A stretch of 64,000 nucleotides of DNA from Octopus vulgaris (GCA_951406725.2 OX597814.1:29636001-29700000); one strand, 5' to 3'; positions 1-13,297 are shown, counted from the first letter of the stretch. The notes: generated from the letters alone by a model not told the origin. Numbers and translations: made by a program.

Positions 1-127
1 TAATTTGCAATAGATCACTATCTTATTCTCTCTTTTGTTTAGCATTATAAAATCAGAGCTAAACATCAGTGACTTTTTTAAAAAAATCTTCAAAGCTGAG
101 GATAATATTGATATTTCTTAAAGCCAT

Positions 128-356
128 TTAACCCTTTAGTGTTCGCATTATTCTGCCAAAACTAATGCTTTTTTATCCACATTGTTTTGAACTAATTGTG
201 CATTATCTTGTAGCTATGAGATTTTGATGAGGTAGCTGTTAATTTTTAAAACGATATTGTAGAGTTGGTGTGAGAGACCAGATACGGCCAGTTTGAACAT
301 AAAACAGACAGAATACTTTTGGCCGGATATGGTTGGTTTAAATGCTAAAGGGTTAA
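128..356. mobile_element. TTAA-flanked MITE family 1 (piggyBac-like ends)
   Basis: TTAA-ccctttag...ctaaaggg-TTAA. Confidence 0.85.
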
Positions 357-494
357 ACAATATTTGGATCAACATTCCAATTATGGCCACCCTGTCCTTT
401 GTCTTGCTCATTATACCCAAAACTACTTTATATACTTTAATCCTTTTGTTTTGTTTTATTTAATTTTGGAAATAATGAAGAATTTACTAAAATG

Positions 495-1129
495 GAAATA
501 TTAAAATTTCTAAGTCTCTCTGAAGGAGACTACGGCAGCGGTACTGGATATTAATAGTTATCGCCATGCTAATATGGTACTCCATAAATATAAGACTAAA
601 GCTGCCGCTGATTAGCTCCAAGAGGCCATCGCCTCTAGCTAGTTATAAATGGACACAGGTTCATGTGTCATATAGCTAGCTAGAGGTGATGGCCTCTTGG
701 AGCTAATCAACGGCAGCTTTAGTCTTATATTTATGGACTACCATATTAGCTTGGCGATAACTATTAATATCCAGTACCGCTGCCGTAGTCTCCTTTAGAG
801 AGACTTAGAAATTTTTATATTCCTTTTTTTGAAAACCAGTGGATGTATTCTACTGAAATTAGGTAAATAATCCTTCGAACAGACGGTTAGTAGCGACGCC
901 TGCTGGATCTGGCTACTCTGCATTGATAAAGGGCAAATACCCTGAAACATGTCTGCAGATGTCTGACCAGCAAGGGGAAGCAGCTGACCTCCCCTGTTCG
1001 AAGGTTATAATGGACACAGGTTCGTGTGTCATATAGCTAGCTAGAGGTGATGGCCTCTTGGAGCTAATCAGCGACAGCTTTAGTCTTATATTTATGGACT
1101 ACCATATTAGCTTGGCGATAACTATTAAT
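495..1129 (+). mobile_element. Non-coding Penelope-like/retrozyme-like insertion: inverted arm, one 362-nt unit and a partial second unit
   Basis: 495-645 is the reverse complement of about 674-822, and 642-770 repeats at 1004-1129. Flanked by the 13-bp direct repeat atttactaaaatg (482-494, 1130-1142). Contains a hammerhead motif. Confidence 0.8.
917..959 (+). ncRNA. Minimal type I hammerhead ribozyme, U3-A8 core variant
   Basis: tctgca-TTGATAA-aggg caaata ccct-GAAA-c at g-TC-tgcaga. Stem I is 6 bp, stem II 4 bp, the stem III region acatgt is palindromic, and the cleavage triplet is GUC. Confidence 0.75.
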
Positions 1130-3636
1130 ATTTACTAAAATGATTTTGTCAATATTAAACTGGTATTTGGAACATAAATTAACACAGTTAAAAATGCTTG
1201 GTGAAATGTGAAGATTTGACAGCAATTTCCAGCAAATTGAATGACTGCAAAGAGGCTCCTTCAGTAGTAATCCTTAAAAACTTAGATTTGTTTTGTTTGT
1301 GCTTTTTTTATTTTTTTGTTTTTTTTATTTTTCATGAGATAGATTGTAAGAAATTTAACTACTTATATTTATTTTTGAACGTATGATCTTAAATAATTTC
1401 TAACAGTATGAATGATCAACTTTCCTGTCAGATGATTAAGTGAATGAATAGAATTTTCATGAGTCAAATGTATCCATCAATTGGTGATTAATCCAGCTCC
1501 TCTCTTGGTTACACCAGCAGGGATTGAACTCATAACTTCATGTTAATGAGCCAGCAGTCAGTTAAAGTCTCATGCTCTATCAACTGAGCTAACGAGAAAG
1601 CCTCTACATGGTTATTCAACTTGCTAGAAAGATAAGCCAAATCTCACTTCTATTATACACTACCATTTTAAAAGAGGATACATTGCATAATGTAATCTAA
1701 GACACACTGTCTAAAAACAGATGATATGGTCATGGTAGGAATACATATGATCATGGGTCTGCCTGATCAGAGTTAAACTGGTGCTAAGTAACAGGAACAA
1801 CAACCAGACATTAATTTTATGATGTTGTTTAGTAACAAGCTATGCCAACCCAGCATTACTTATTTTCAGCAAGCTGGACTGGGCAAGTTGAAAGAAGTGT
1901 CTAAGCCACAACACAACACATAGCTGTGGTCAGGTTATGAATTGCTGACCTCTCAGTCCAGTGTCCAATACACCTATCAACTTGTCCAACAACTCTTTTC
2001 AATAACTAACCCCCGTAAATATATTTGTCATACATTTGAGCGGGGTCGTTGCCAATGCCGCTGGACTGACTCCTGTGCAGGTGGCACATAAAAAACACCA
2101 TTTGAGCATGGCCAGTGCCAGTACTACCAGACTGGCCCTCGTGCCAGTGGCACATAAAAGCACCCACTACACTCTCGGAGTGGTTGGCATTAAGAAGGGC
2201 ATCCAGCTGTAGAAACTCTGCCAGATCAGACTGGAGCCTGGTGCAGCTATCTGGTTCGCCAGTCCTCAGTCAAATCGTCCAACCCATGCCAGCATGGAAA
2301 GCGGACGTTAAATGATGATGATCAACATCATCATTTTATTATTTTAATGAGAGTACACTTCCAGATACTTAAAGATATTAAGGTAAAGACCCCCTTTGGT
2401 CATGAATGACTATGGGATTGCTCCTAGAAAGTTCCCTGCTGAGACACAAGTCTGGGCAAGGTTGTTTATGGAAGACAAGCAGTTGCCTAAGCATACCAAC
2501 CCCCCTTCTCCATGCCACCAATTTTATGAAAGGCAAATGCTGATAAAGCTTGGCACCAGTGTCATTGCAATTCATTTCTACAGATGAGTGAACTGGAGCA
2601 ATGTGAAATAAAGTGTCTTACTCAAGAACACAACACACAGCCTGGTCCAGGAATCGAACTCACTACCTCATGATTGCAAGCCTGATGCTCTAACCACTGA
2701 GCCATGTGTTGGAGAGGAACTTTCTAGGTGCAATCTTATGGTCTTTCATGACCCAAGGGGATCTCAGAGATATTAGTAGATCAATATTAAAAACTGTACA
2801 TAACAAATGTTTAGAAGAGTCTTGTCAAAGACATTTCGATCTTTCTAATACTGATTCCATAAAAAAACTGCACCCAGTACACTCCATAAGGTGGTTGGTC
2901 TTAGAAACAGCATCCAGATTCAGAAACCAACCCCAAAATGAAACTTACGAGATGTAGTTCTCCAAATCATCTAGGAGAGCAGCAACAATCCATTTACTCC
3001 ACTTCAGCATGGAAAGCTGATGTAAACAATGTTAATTATGTTGTTAATTAGCCTTAGATTAGCTCTGATCATGTAAACCTATATACAATAAAAGGTGTTC
3101 CAGGTACAATACATCCTGATTATCAGACCTAAATGATCTAGAAGGATATCCAATACAACCTTGTTTTCCTTAAGACAATAAGGCATAATTTGAGGAAGAC
3201 TTGGTTACTATTTTTAGCACATTTGAAAGATTGCATAGAGGTAGGTGACCAAAGGCAAATAATATGCCTTGCCTAAAGGCAAAATAGAATGACTGCAAAA
3301 GTTTTGAACTTCTGACTAAATAACCACTAATCTTCAAAACTATTTTTTCAAATTCCTTTTAGCAGAAATTATCTTGTTTGTACCAAAGAAGATAATAAAT
3401 TCAAAATTCTACAGTAGAGATGGGAGGATTTCTTCTAAAGCTTATAAATTAATTTTGCCTTTAGTTTGTAACAGACAGCCCTTTTCACCCTAACTTTGCA
3501 AGAAACACATTGTACAATCACAATACAGTAATCCAACACATACAACCAATGATCTACACACACATTTTTTTATAACAGTCCTTTCTCTTCTTATAAGTTT
3601 AAAACAGAAATAAGAAAGTTCAACTGTAACACCTAC

Positions 3637-3796
3637 ATGGTTATTAGATATAACAATAATATGTTGAGGCTTTGAATCAGAGAATTTTTTCCAAAAGTCA
3701 GTGTTTACACCTGGAATACGACAGCCACTGAAAACATTATTGTACTGCTGCATACATAGGGGCTGTTGTCCAACTTTATCCAAAGGAAGTCTTTTT
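3637..3796 (-). CDS. CRAT: CRAT-like exon 6 (KRLPLDKVGQQPLCMQQYNNVFSGCRIPGVNTDFWKKFSDSKPQHIIVISNNH)
   Basis: Poly-T...atag acceptor, donor gtaggt, 160 nt, phase 2-0. Contains the PLCMxQY and CRIPG motifs. Confidence 0.93.
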
Positions 3797-5365
3797 CTAT
3801 AAAAAAAAAAAACATTAAATGCAAGAATTAAAATGATGAAATCTAAAGAGAAATTTGTCTTTGTTATCATTTGGTTATATTTTTATCTTATTCTAAATAT
3901 TCTGTTGTGTCTGGGGAGAGTCATTTTCTTTTTGTGCCTTATAATGTAACACACTCACCAGTAAAATGTCCACTTTTTTTCTTATTTTTATTTTCCTAAA
4001 ATTTTCTTTGCATCCTGCAACCTTTTCAATAGTCAATAGTTCCCCCTTTTTATTTAAAAACTTTTTTAATGATTGAGCTGAGTGAGGAACAGAATGTCAA
4101 AGAACAGACCCAACATTTCTTCTGAATATACTAAAAGTTGACTAAAAGAGGTTGAGGTAGGATTTGCCTTCCAATCTTGTAAAAACCCTCACCAGTAATG
4201 ACTACTCAAACAGACCCATGGGTCAGAGGGTTGTCTCCTGAGTGGTGTGAAGGTGTCATCCACAAGGAGTAGGGAATCACCAACAAATGGTGGAAGTAGC
4301 AATGCACTGTTACAGCACATTTCCTCCATACTACTACTATTAAGGAAGACACGTTTGTAGGATTACTCTTGAAACTACTTGTTATTGGTCATTTTGCTAT
4401 ATATTAAATTTTTATAAAGCAAGCATAACTATGAGGTTAAGAAGCTTGCTTTGAAAAAATGTACTTCTGAGTTCCATCCCACTGAGTGGCATCTTAGGCA
4501 AGAGTCTTCTTACTATAGCCTTGGGCCAACCAATGTCTTGTGAGTGAATTTGATAGAGAGAAACGGTGAGGAAACCATCATATATAATAATGGACTCTCT
4601 CATTGTTAGATGACATATGAGGGTTCGACAATTTCTTACCAAACAACCACACAGATGATTTGTTTATAGGAATGAAATGTTTGTGTAGAAATAAGCTCAC
4701 TCCTTCCATCAAATCGACATAACCTGTACAGGTGCAACTGGGTGCCACATGTCAGATGTCGAAATGACGGGGCTCGAACCTTGTATTTATCATCTGCTGG
4801 ATGACCACGTTATCAGTTACACTTCAGAGTGTCTGCTATTCCATCATCTCAAATTAAATACTATAATTTATTTCTACTATTTTATCTCCAAAAGATAATC
4901 TATCATTCATTTTGCATAGCAGAACAAACTGTTTCAATTACTTTCTTTTTCTTTTTTATCCTGTTTATTATCAAAACAATGTTAAGTGTTTTCTGGAAGC
5001 CTATACCTTATCACCAAGGATTGCTTTGCTGATAGGTAGTCTTATTGACTGTAGCAGGGAATCCTTTCAAATCATATTTTGTACAAAGGAGTGGCTATTT
5101 TAAACCTGCTCAAATTATTTCATCAATTTTCTGTCTTAAAGTATTATCAAATATTTCTTGTCATCATAATCAACAAAAAAAAGTTTACTTTTGTATCAAC
5201 ATTGTGCTGGTGCCATGTAAAAAGCACTCAGTCCATTTTATGGGGTGGTTGATGTTAGGAAGGGCATCCAGCTGTAAAAACCACGCCAAAACAGACACTA
5301 TAGCTTGATGTAGTCTTCTACCTGACCAGCTTCTGTCAAACCATCCAACCCATGCTAGCATGGAA

Positions 5366-5371
5366 GGATGA

Positions 5372-5405
<34 letters not shown>

Positions 5406-5440
5406 GGTGGTAGTGGTGGTGGTGGTGGTGGTGGTGCTGG

Positions 5441-5470
<30 letters not shown>
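5366..5470. repeat. Compound (GAT)n/(GGT)n microsatellite (tail of a family C copy)
   Basis: Seen directly. Confidence 0.95.
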
Positions 5471-5475
<5 letters not shown>

Positions 5476-7219
5476 AAGCTTTTATGAAGAAACTCAACAG
5501 GGTTGCATAGCTTGGAGACCAGGAAATCTCTCCAAGTTCAGCAGCTATTTCTCCACATTGAAAAGTCGCAGATTAGAATATCTCAGGAATATTAGAATAT
5601 CACAGGAAAGAATCACAAGACACATTCTTCAAGCCAACTGGCAGGAGGCCTAGGAGTAGACTAAGAGCAAGATGGTTGGATAAAATCCATAATCTCAATT
5701 GGTCATGCTTTGGAGCCCAGCCAAAAAGTGTAATGACAGTAGCTTCTGATAGATACCTAAGGACTGTACCCCAAAGGCCCTCCCAGGAATAGTGGGTGGA
5801 GAAGATCAAGGGATGAAGTAATCTAAAACAACCAACTATAACTGAGAACAGCTGAAATATTTTCTTTCTAATGATCCCTGCTAATTTCGACAATTTGTGA
5901 AACAAATGGCTAAATTTGACACTCTTTTACTCTTTTACTTGTTGCAGTCATGCTGGAGCACCACCTTTAGTCGAAGAAATCGACCCCAGGACTTATTCTT
6001 TGTAAGCCTAGTACTTATTCTATCGGTCTCTTTTGCCGAACCACTAAGTTACGAGGACGCAAACACACCAGCACCGGTTGTCAAGTGATGTTGGTGGGGA
6101 CAAACACAGACACACACATATATATGACGGGCTTCTTTGAGTTTCCGTCTACCAAATCCACTCACAAGGCTTTGGCCGGCCCGAGGCAATAGTAGAAGAC
6201 ACTTGCCCAAGGTGCCATGCAGTGAGACTGAACCCGGAACCATGTAGTTGGTAAGCAAGCTACTAACCACACAGCCACTCCTACGCCTACACCTTGAAAA
6301 TATTACACAATCATTGAAACAAAATTGTGTTTTGAAGTTTAAATATAAGTGAATCCAACAAAATCTTGTATCAGCTTTAATAGCATGCTGTAACACTCAT
6401 ACTGAAGGGACTTCGCTAAAAATTTAGCTGAGATGTTACTTATATATGTGAATATACATAAGTAGCAGTGTATACTTGTATGGATGTTTGAGCCTTATCA
6501 AAATTATGATGTGAAAAGTAGCATCGTATATAAAGTAACCATGTTACTTATAGGCGCAGGCGTGGCTGTGTGGTAAGTAGCTTGTTTACCAACCACATGG
6601 TTCTGGGTTCAGTCCCACTGCGTGGCACCTTGAGCAAGTGTCTTCTACTATAGCCTCGGGCTGACCAAAGCCTTGTGAGTGGATTTGGTAGACGGAAACC
6701 GAAAGAAGCCCGTTGTATAATATGTATATATATGTATGCGTGTCTATGTTTGTGTGTCTGTGTTTGTCCCCCTAGCATCGTACATAAAGTAACCATGTTA
6801 CTTATAGGCGCAGGCGTAGCTGTGTGGTAAGTAGCTTGTTTACCAACCACATGGTTCCGGGTTCAGTCCCACTGCATGGCACCTTGGGCAAGTGTCTTCT
6901 GCTATAGCCTCGGGCCGACCAAAGCTTTGTGAGTGGATTTGGTAGACGGAAACCGAAAGAAACCCGTCGTATATATGTATATATATGTATGCATGTCTAT
7001 GTTTGTCCCCCTAGCATTGCTTGACAGCCGATGCTGGTGTGTTTATGTCCCCGTAACTTAGCGGTTCGGCAAAAAGAGACCGATAGAATAAGTACTGGGC
7101 TTACAAAAGAATAAGTCCCAGGGTCGAGTTGCTCGATTAAAGGCGGTGCTCCAGCATGGCCGCAGTCAAATGACTGAAACAAGTAAAAGAGTAAAAGAGT
7201 ATGTTATTCTGATACTTAC

Positions 7220-7273
7220 TCATCTAACATGATCTTGTAATCCAGAATTCCAGATATGATTTTTGCAGCAAAC
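7220..7273 (-). CDS. CRAT: CRAT-like exon 5 (FAAKIISGILDYKIMLD)
   Basis: Acceptor ctctttgttag, donor gtaagt, 54 nt, phase 2-2. Matches CRAT FAAKLIEGVLDFK. Confidence 0.92.
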   Translation of the reverse strand, partial: VCCKNHIWNSGLQDHVR

Positions 7274-7931
7274 CTAACAAAGAGAGAATAAAGATTGAGA
7301 GATCAGATTTTTGTGGGAGAGATGTAATTTTGCAAAGCACTTACCTTTTTGAATAACAGTTACACAGAAATTGAAATGGTTTCAATAGAGAATCAAAAAT
7401 GTATCAGACATAGTTTGTCAAAAACTTACCACTGAGGTACAGGCAAGGCCAGCACTAGGAAGTGCACAGCTCAAATAGAGAATTGTCAATGGGGGCCCTC
7501 TGATTTACAAAAGTTGAAGATTGATCTTTTATGCTTCGTGTAGTACACCAGTCCCAGCCAAAAAGAATTGAGGGATTGCAGCTCTACCATTAGTTATAAT
7601 GATGTAGTAAAAATTCATCAGAGTATCCTCCATTCAAGCATGTGCGCAGAGCCCTCTCTTGGTATGGAGCTCAATTTGAATAAATCTGTCTAATTTGTAT
7701 AAAACCAGCTCTGGGAACAGGTAACCCCCAACTTTATCATTTCAACAGTGAAGTACAAAGTGCATTTTATAAGAACTAGGAGTTATGTTAGACTAAAGTA
7801 GTTACAATATATTTATCAATTCAGGGTAATTTAAAATTTGAAAGAATTTGCACACAAAAATGTGAGGTGTAGAACTAGATACAAAAAAGTTTATAATCCT
7901 ATATGTCTTCATCTGTGTGCAATCCTTGCCT

Positions 7932-9428
7932 GTCAGAGAGGATCCTTCCTGAGACACAGACCAGCTTTAGGCCATCACAAAGCACAACCAACATGATCTT
8001 CATGCTGCGACAGCTACAAGAAAAATGTTGTGAGCAACACCAACCGCTCTACTTGGCCTTTATCGACCTATCCAAAGCCTTTGATCGTGTCTCGCGAGAG
8101 CTCCTCTGGGATATTCTCACCCAGTATGGATGCCCAGATAAGTTCATCCGGATCCTCAAACTCCTCCACGACAATATGCACGCCAGAGTCCAGACCGACG
8201 GAGGCAGTTCTGAGCCCTTTAAAGTCACCTCCGGAGTGAAGCAAGGCTGCGTGATAGCACCAACTCTCTTTACCATCTTTATCGCAACAGTGTTGCACAT
8301 CATACGAGATGACCTTCCACATGGCATCGAGATCTCGTACAGAATGGACAGCAAGCTTTTCAACCTCGCTCGCCTCAAAAGTACGTCAAAGACAGTGGTG
8401 CGAAGCTTGCTAGAGTTCCAATATGCCAACGACAACAGTGTAGCAGCTCACAGAGAGGATCACCTCCAACAGATCCTTAAATGCTTTTCATCATGCATAT
8501 ACTAAACTTGGACTGAGCATCAACATCAAGAAGACTCACTTACTCTACCAACCTCCCCCCAATGCCCGTGTTGACAACCTGCCATTGATTCAACTCGAAG
8601 GAAATCCACTGGAAAATGTGAACCACTTCTGCTACCTTGGGAGCCATCTGTCAGGAAAGGTAGACCTCAGCGATGAAATCCAACACCGTCTGAAGTGTGC
8701 AGGAACAGCTTTCGGCAAGCTTCGAACAAGAGTTTTTGCTGATCGGGACATCCGAACCGAAACCAAACTCATGGTGTACAGGGCAGTCATTATTCCAACC
8801 CTCCTTTACGCATCCGAAACCTGGACCCCGTATAGTCACCACCTGAAAACGCTTGAGAAATTTCACCAACGCTGTCTTCAGAAGATCCTCAACATCAGCT
8901 GGGAAGACAGAAGAACGTCAGCGTGCTACAAGAAGCAAAAATGACCAGCATCGAAGCCTATGTCATCAAAGGCCAACTAAGATGGAGCGGCCACGTGTTT
9001 AGAATGACTGACGAACGACTTCCCAAACAGATCTTCTACTCCCAACTCAAAGACGGCAAGCGTACAAAAGGAGGCCAGAAGAAACGCTACAAGGACTCCC
9101 TGAAATCGAACCTCAAAAAGTGTGACATTGACTTCACCAACTGGGAGGAAACGGCAAAAAACAGACCACTCTGGAAAACCACCATCCATGAGGGAACGGC
9201 GAATTTCAAGTCGAAAAGGTCTGCAGAGCTGGAGGAGAAAAGACCACGACGGAAGGAGCGCCAACAACAACCACGTGTGACTCTCCCTTCCGGCACTAGA
9301 TGTCTGCACTGTGACTGATCTTTTCGAGCAAGAATTGGTCTTATCAGTCACCTGCGGACTCACCAATAAATTTGCGCGAAGACCATCATCCTCGACCTTG
9401 AAGGATTGCCATAGTAGTAGTAGTAGTA
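7932..9428 (+). mobile_element. 5'-truncated RTE-clade LINE (RT to 3' end)
   Basis: Motifs FIDLSKAFD, GVKQGCVIAPTLF, QYAND, YLGS and LRWSGHV, then an (AGT)n tail. 12-bp TSD caatccttgcct at 7920-7931 and 9429-9440. Confidence 0.93.
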
Positions 9429-10440
9429 CAATCCTTGCCTATAACGAAAGAGAAGATAATGGCTTCTCTTTACTATTTTTTCTCTTTGATACTCTTTCAA
9501 TGCCACAAATTTGTAAACTTGGTCAATTGAATCAATACGAGTACATGACTGGTACTTATTTTATCAAGTCAAGCAGTTTGGATCACAGACTCAACCCCAA
9601 TGAGATTTGAACTCAGAAAGTGTGCACATATAGAGGTATTTATAGATAAACACAAACTGAAAGAGAAGCTAAAGGGGAAGAGAGAGGAGTAGTAGAGAGT
9701 GTAGAAAATAAAGAGGGAGATGAACATTTGAGGGAGGAGGTAAGGAGTAGTAGTAGTTTACACTAGCATTTTATTTTATATTTCAGTCAGGAGGGAAAGG
9801 AAAACAGCATCCACAACCCTTTATAGGGCTTCCAAGACTGGTGGGAAGAAGGGAGGAAGCTTATCTTCAAACTGGAAACCTGACCCAACAGAATGAAACC
9901 AAACCACGGATTAGGTCTACCATCTATGTAGGCTACAGAAGGATTTGAACTCAGAACACAAAAACCATAAACAAATACCACAAAACATTGATTCTGATGT
10001 TCTTATAGGTCTACCAATTCACCACACGATATTGGTATTATTTTATTGATCTTGAAAGTTGAAGGTAAAATTTGACCTCAGGAAATAAAAACAAGGTTAT
10101 GAAGTCTTTTTCTGAACTATTTCCTCAACCTGGATAAAAAGCACCCACTTACACTCTTGGAGCGGTTGGCATTAGGAAGGGCATCCAACTGCAGAAACAG
10201 CGCCAGATCAGATTGGAGCCTGGTGCAGCCTCCTGGCTTCCCAGACCACCAGTTGAACCATCCAACCCATGCCAGCATGGAAAACGGACGTTAAACAATG
10301 ATGATGACATCCATTCATTAGTATAATGAATTGAGCTTGACACTCTAACCACTGGCTTGCTGTCTTGAAAAACAACAATCTTGGCATATGAGGTACTTGA
10401 GCATTTTGTTTCCATATTTGCTGATTACTAGGTTTGTAAT

Positions 10441-10863
10441 TGCCAACCCACTTTGCTTGCGAAGACATGTTGGGGCAAGTGAAATCGAAATCGAATTGAA
10501 CCAATCCTATGACTGGCACCCGGCAGATGACAGGACCCCTGGACTGGTGGTACGTAAAAAGCACTATCCGACTCGTGGCCGATGCCAGCGCCGCCTCGAC
10601 TGGCTTCCGTGCCGGTGGCACGTAAATTGCACCAATCCGACCGTGGCCGTTGCCAGCCTCGCCTGACACCTGTGCGGGTGGCACGTAAAAAGCACCCACT
10701 ACACTCACGGAGTGGTTGGCGTTAGGAAGGGCATCCAGCTGTAGAAACATTGCCAGATAAGACTGGAGCCTGGTGCAGCCTTCTGGCTTCCCAGATCCCC
10801 GGTCGAACCGTCCAACCCATGCTAGCATGGAGAACGGACGTTAAACGATGATGATGATGATGA
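10441..10863 (+). mobile_element. Retroposon family C, representative copy ((GAT)n tail, variably 5'-truncated)
   Basis: 12-bp TSD taggtttgtaat at 10429-10440 and 10864-10875. Other copies start at about 2040, 5200, 10135, 18590, 28310, 31065, 36610, 48180, 52255, 52515, 59245, 62483 and 63860. Confidence 0.88.
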
Positions 10864-11369
10864 TAGGTTTGTAATATGTGTGTATACAAGTGTTGCCCAA
10901 CTGGCGACTGGCTCCCCGTGCTGGTGGCACATAAAAAAAAACATCCAAACGTGGTTGATGCCAGTCCCCACTGATTGGCTCCTGCGCCGGTGACACATAA
11001 AAAATACCATCAATTTTTTTTTAAATTTCAAATTATAGAGGTTTAAAGTCTGATAATTTTCACCCAATCAGGAAACAAGATTTGGAAGCTGTCATTTTGT
11101 GCACGACACCACATCTTGTCAACCATAAACAAAGCAAATAAAACGGGCAGAGTATTAAAATAATTTTTTTTTTCTAAACCATAATCTCTGATAGCGAAAA
11201 CATATGAATCTGAAAAAATAAAAATTACTAGTTCAAAAGTTATGGGGGGAGGGGGATTCCAAAGAAGTACCAGAAATTCAATTCAAGTTTATAATGAGGT
11301 ATTATATGATAAAACAAAAACTAATATTTCAAGTGAAGGTCTTTGAAAGAAAAAGAAAACAGTACTTAC

Positions 11370-11488
11370 TTCAATTGTTCTTTTTCTCCTTCAAATTTCT
11401 GCAATGGCAAAAGCATCCCTGGATTGGAATTGATAACCACTGGGGACCTAACACTTAAGTAGCCATAATGTAACCACCACTGTGAAAG
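11370..11488 (-). CDS. CRAT: CRAT-like exon 4 (LSQWWLHYGYLSVRSPVVINSNPGMLLPLQKFEGEKEQL)
   Basis: Acceptor ttcttcttgcag, donor gtaagt, 119 nt, phase 0-2. LSxWWL..YL..R.PVVI.S.PG is CRAT-type rather than CROT- or ChAT-type. Confidence 0.93.
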
Positions 11489-12418
11489 CTGCAAGAAGAA
11501 TTAAATTCCTTAGCAAAGACATTGTTTCTCAGACATAAAACATGCCAACAAAAGGATTTGAAGCTATTTTAACTTTTCCAGTGTTTAATGCTATAATGAG
11601 TCTTATGGTACAGACCTATTTGAAATAACCTGCAATAAACTTTCCATATTTAAATTAAAATCTTAATTGAAACTTCATTATTTTATGATTAAAAGTATAA
11701 TATGGTAAAAAAGTCATTAGAGTTTTAGGTAAGAATTATTTCTAAGCTGTGTTCCAAACATCATATTAATAATATATCAATTAATAATATATCAACTAAA
11801 ATCACAAAACCAATGAGGGTGCCTCTACATAGGCATTTAAACTGCTGAAAATTGCAGTCAAATTTCCTCAAACCACAATCTATAGATTAAAAAAAAAAGA
11901 TAGGATGATCAAACCTAGAATGTCTTTGATCAAAGGTCTTTCCAATCAATGCCAACCTAGAGCTAAATGAAAACAATTTTAGCTAAAACACTCTGGTGTT
12001 TATATAATAATGTGATACAGCTACAAGTTAGGAATTTAGCTTCTCACAGTTTACTTTTTACCCTGTAGCACTCACAGATCTAAAACAATGTTATAAAAAA
12101 AATCATTTTCAAAATCATTTTTAAAATTCCTACTCTACTGACTTTCTGGAGTATGCTGCTGTATATGCAAGAAGGTGGTCGAACAAAATAACTGAGGATG
12201 AAGGTTGTGTACCTAGTGTATTGGAAGCAGTAAACACATGTACTAATGATTATCAGTTATTTCTAGCACTGCTTATTGTTTGTCTTTTCAGAACTGTTAC
12301 CATATCAACTGCACAATTGCTGTATACCAAATAAATTGTAACTGGTATGAAGGTTTTAGAATTTATAGAACTTATAGAATTTGACCCTATGCAATCATTT
12401 TTCTTAAAGACATCTTAC

Positions 12419-12499
12419 CCAATTTTCAGCTGATTTTGCTCTTTCTAACAGTAGTTCTTGAAGTTTAGGTCCAATACCTTTTTTAAACTCTTCTATAAC
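12419..12499 (-). CDS. CRAT: CRAT-like exon 3 (VIEEFKKGIGPKLQELLLERAKSAENW)
   Basis: Acceptor tttttacag, donor gtaaga, 81 nt, phase 0-0. Matches the family motif GxGxxLQxxL...NW. Confidence 0.93.
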
Positions 12500-12882
12500 C
12501 TGTAAAAAAGAAAAACACAGAAGGACCAAGAAGGAAAATAAACAATATGATGAGATAATTATAATAACATTTAGTGAAAGTTCAACGAAGCTGAAATTTC
12601 ATTTGAAGTTAATAGAAACAACTTACTAAGCTAAGTAAATATCACATGCCAACAAATGATTCTCTAGTCATTCAACCTTCTTGAAATAGCAGCCATATCT
12701 CACTCATATCAGATCTCACTGTTGTGAAAAGGGCAGAATATGACGCACAAAATAATGTGGTACTAAATACACTATATCTGAAAATTTACAACATGCTTAT
12801 GTTTTGAACACCTTTTATCATAGATGTACTTGTTCATGACTAACCAGGGATTAAACAACAAAATATTAGTTTGTGTCTGAAA

Positions 12883-13297
12883 GGGTGGCGAGCTGGCAGA
12901 AACGTTAGCACGCCAGGCAAAATGCTGAGTGGTATTTCGTCTGCTGCTATGTTCTGAGTTCGAATTCCACTGAGGTTGACTTTGCCTTTCATCCTGCAGG
13001 GTCGATTAAATAAGTACCAGTTATGCACTGGGGTCGATATAATCGACTTAATCCATTTGTCTGTCCTTGTTTGTCCTCTCCGTGTTTAGCCCCTTGTGGG
13101 TAGTAAAGAAATAGGTATTTCGTCTATCTTTATGTTCTGAGTTCAAATTCCACTGAGTTCGACTTTGCCTTTCATCCTTTCGGGGTCGATAAATTAAGTA
13201 CCAGTTACGCACTGGGATCGATGTAATCGACTTAATCCGTTTGTCTGTACTTGTTTGTCCCCTCTATGTTTAGCCCCTTGTGAGCAATAAAGAAATA
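12883..13297 (+). mobile_element. SINE family E with an internally duplicated 3' part
   Basis: 15-bp TSD agtttgtgtctgaaa at 12868-12882 and 13298-13312. Related copies lie at about 17770-17995, 24198-24415, 24600-24810 and 53010-53210. Confidence 0.88.

Noticed and set aside
3490-3870. 126-aa ORF as a stand-alone gene
   Set aside because: Only 3637-3796 is coding (a CRAT exon). The flanks are intron read-through.
6049-7182. Recurrent similar short ORFs (e.g. MLGGQTQTHKH..., RRHLPKVPRSGTEP) suggesting a gene family
   Set aside because: They are translations of SINE family A copies.
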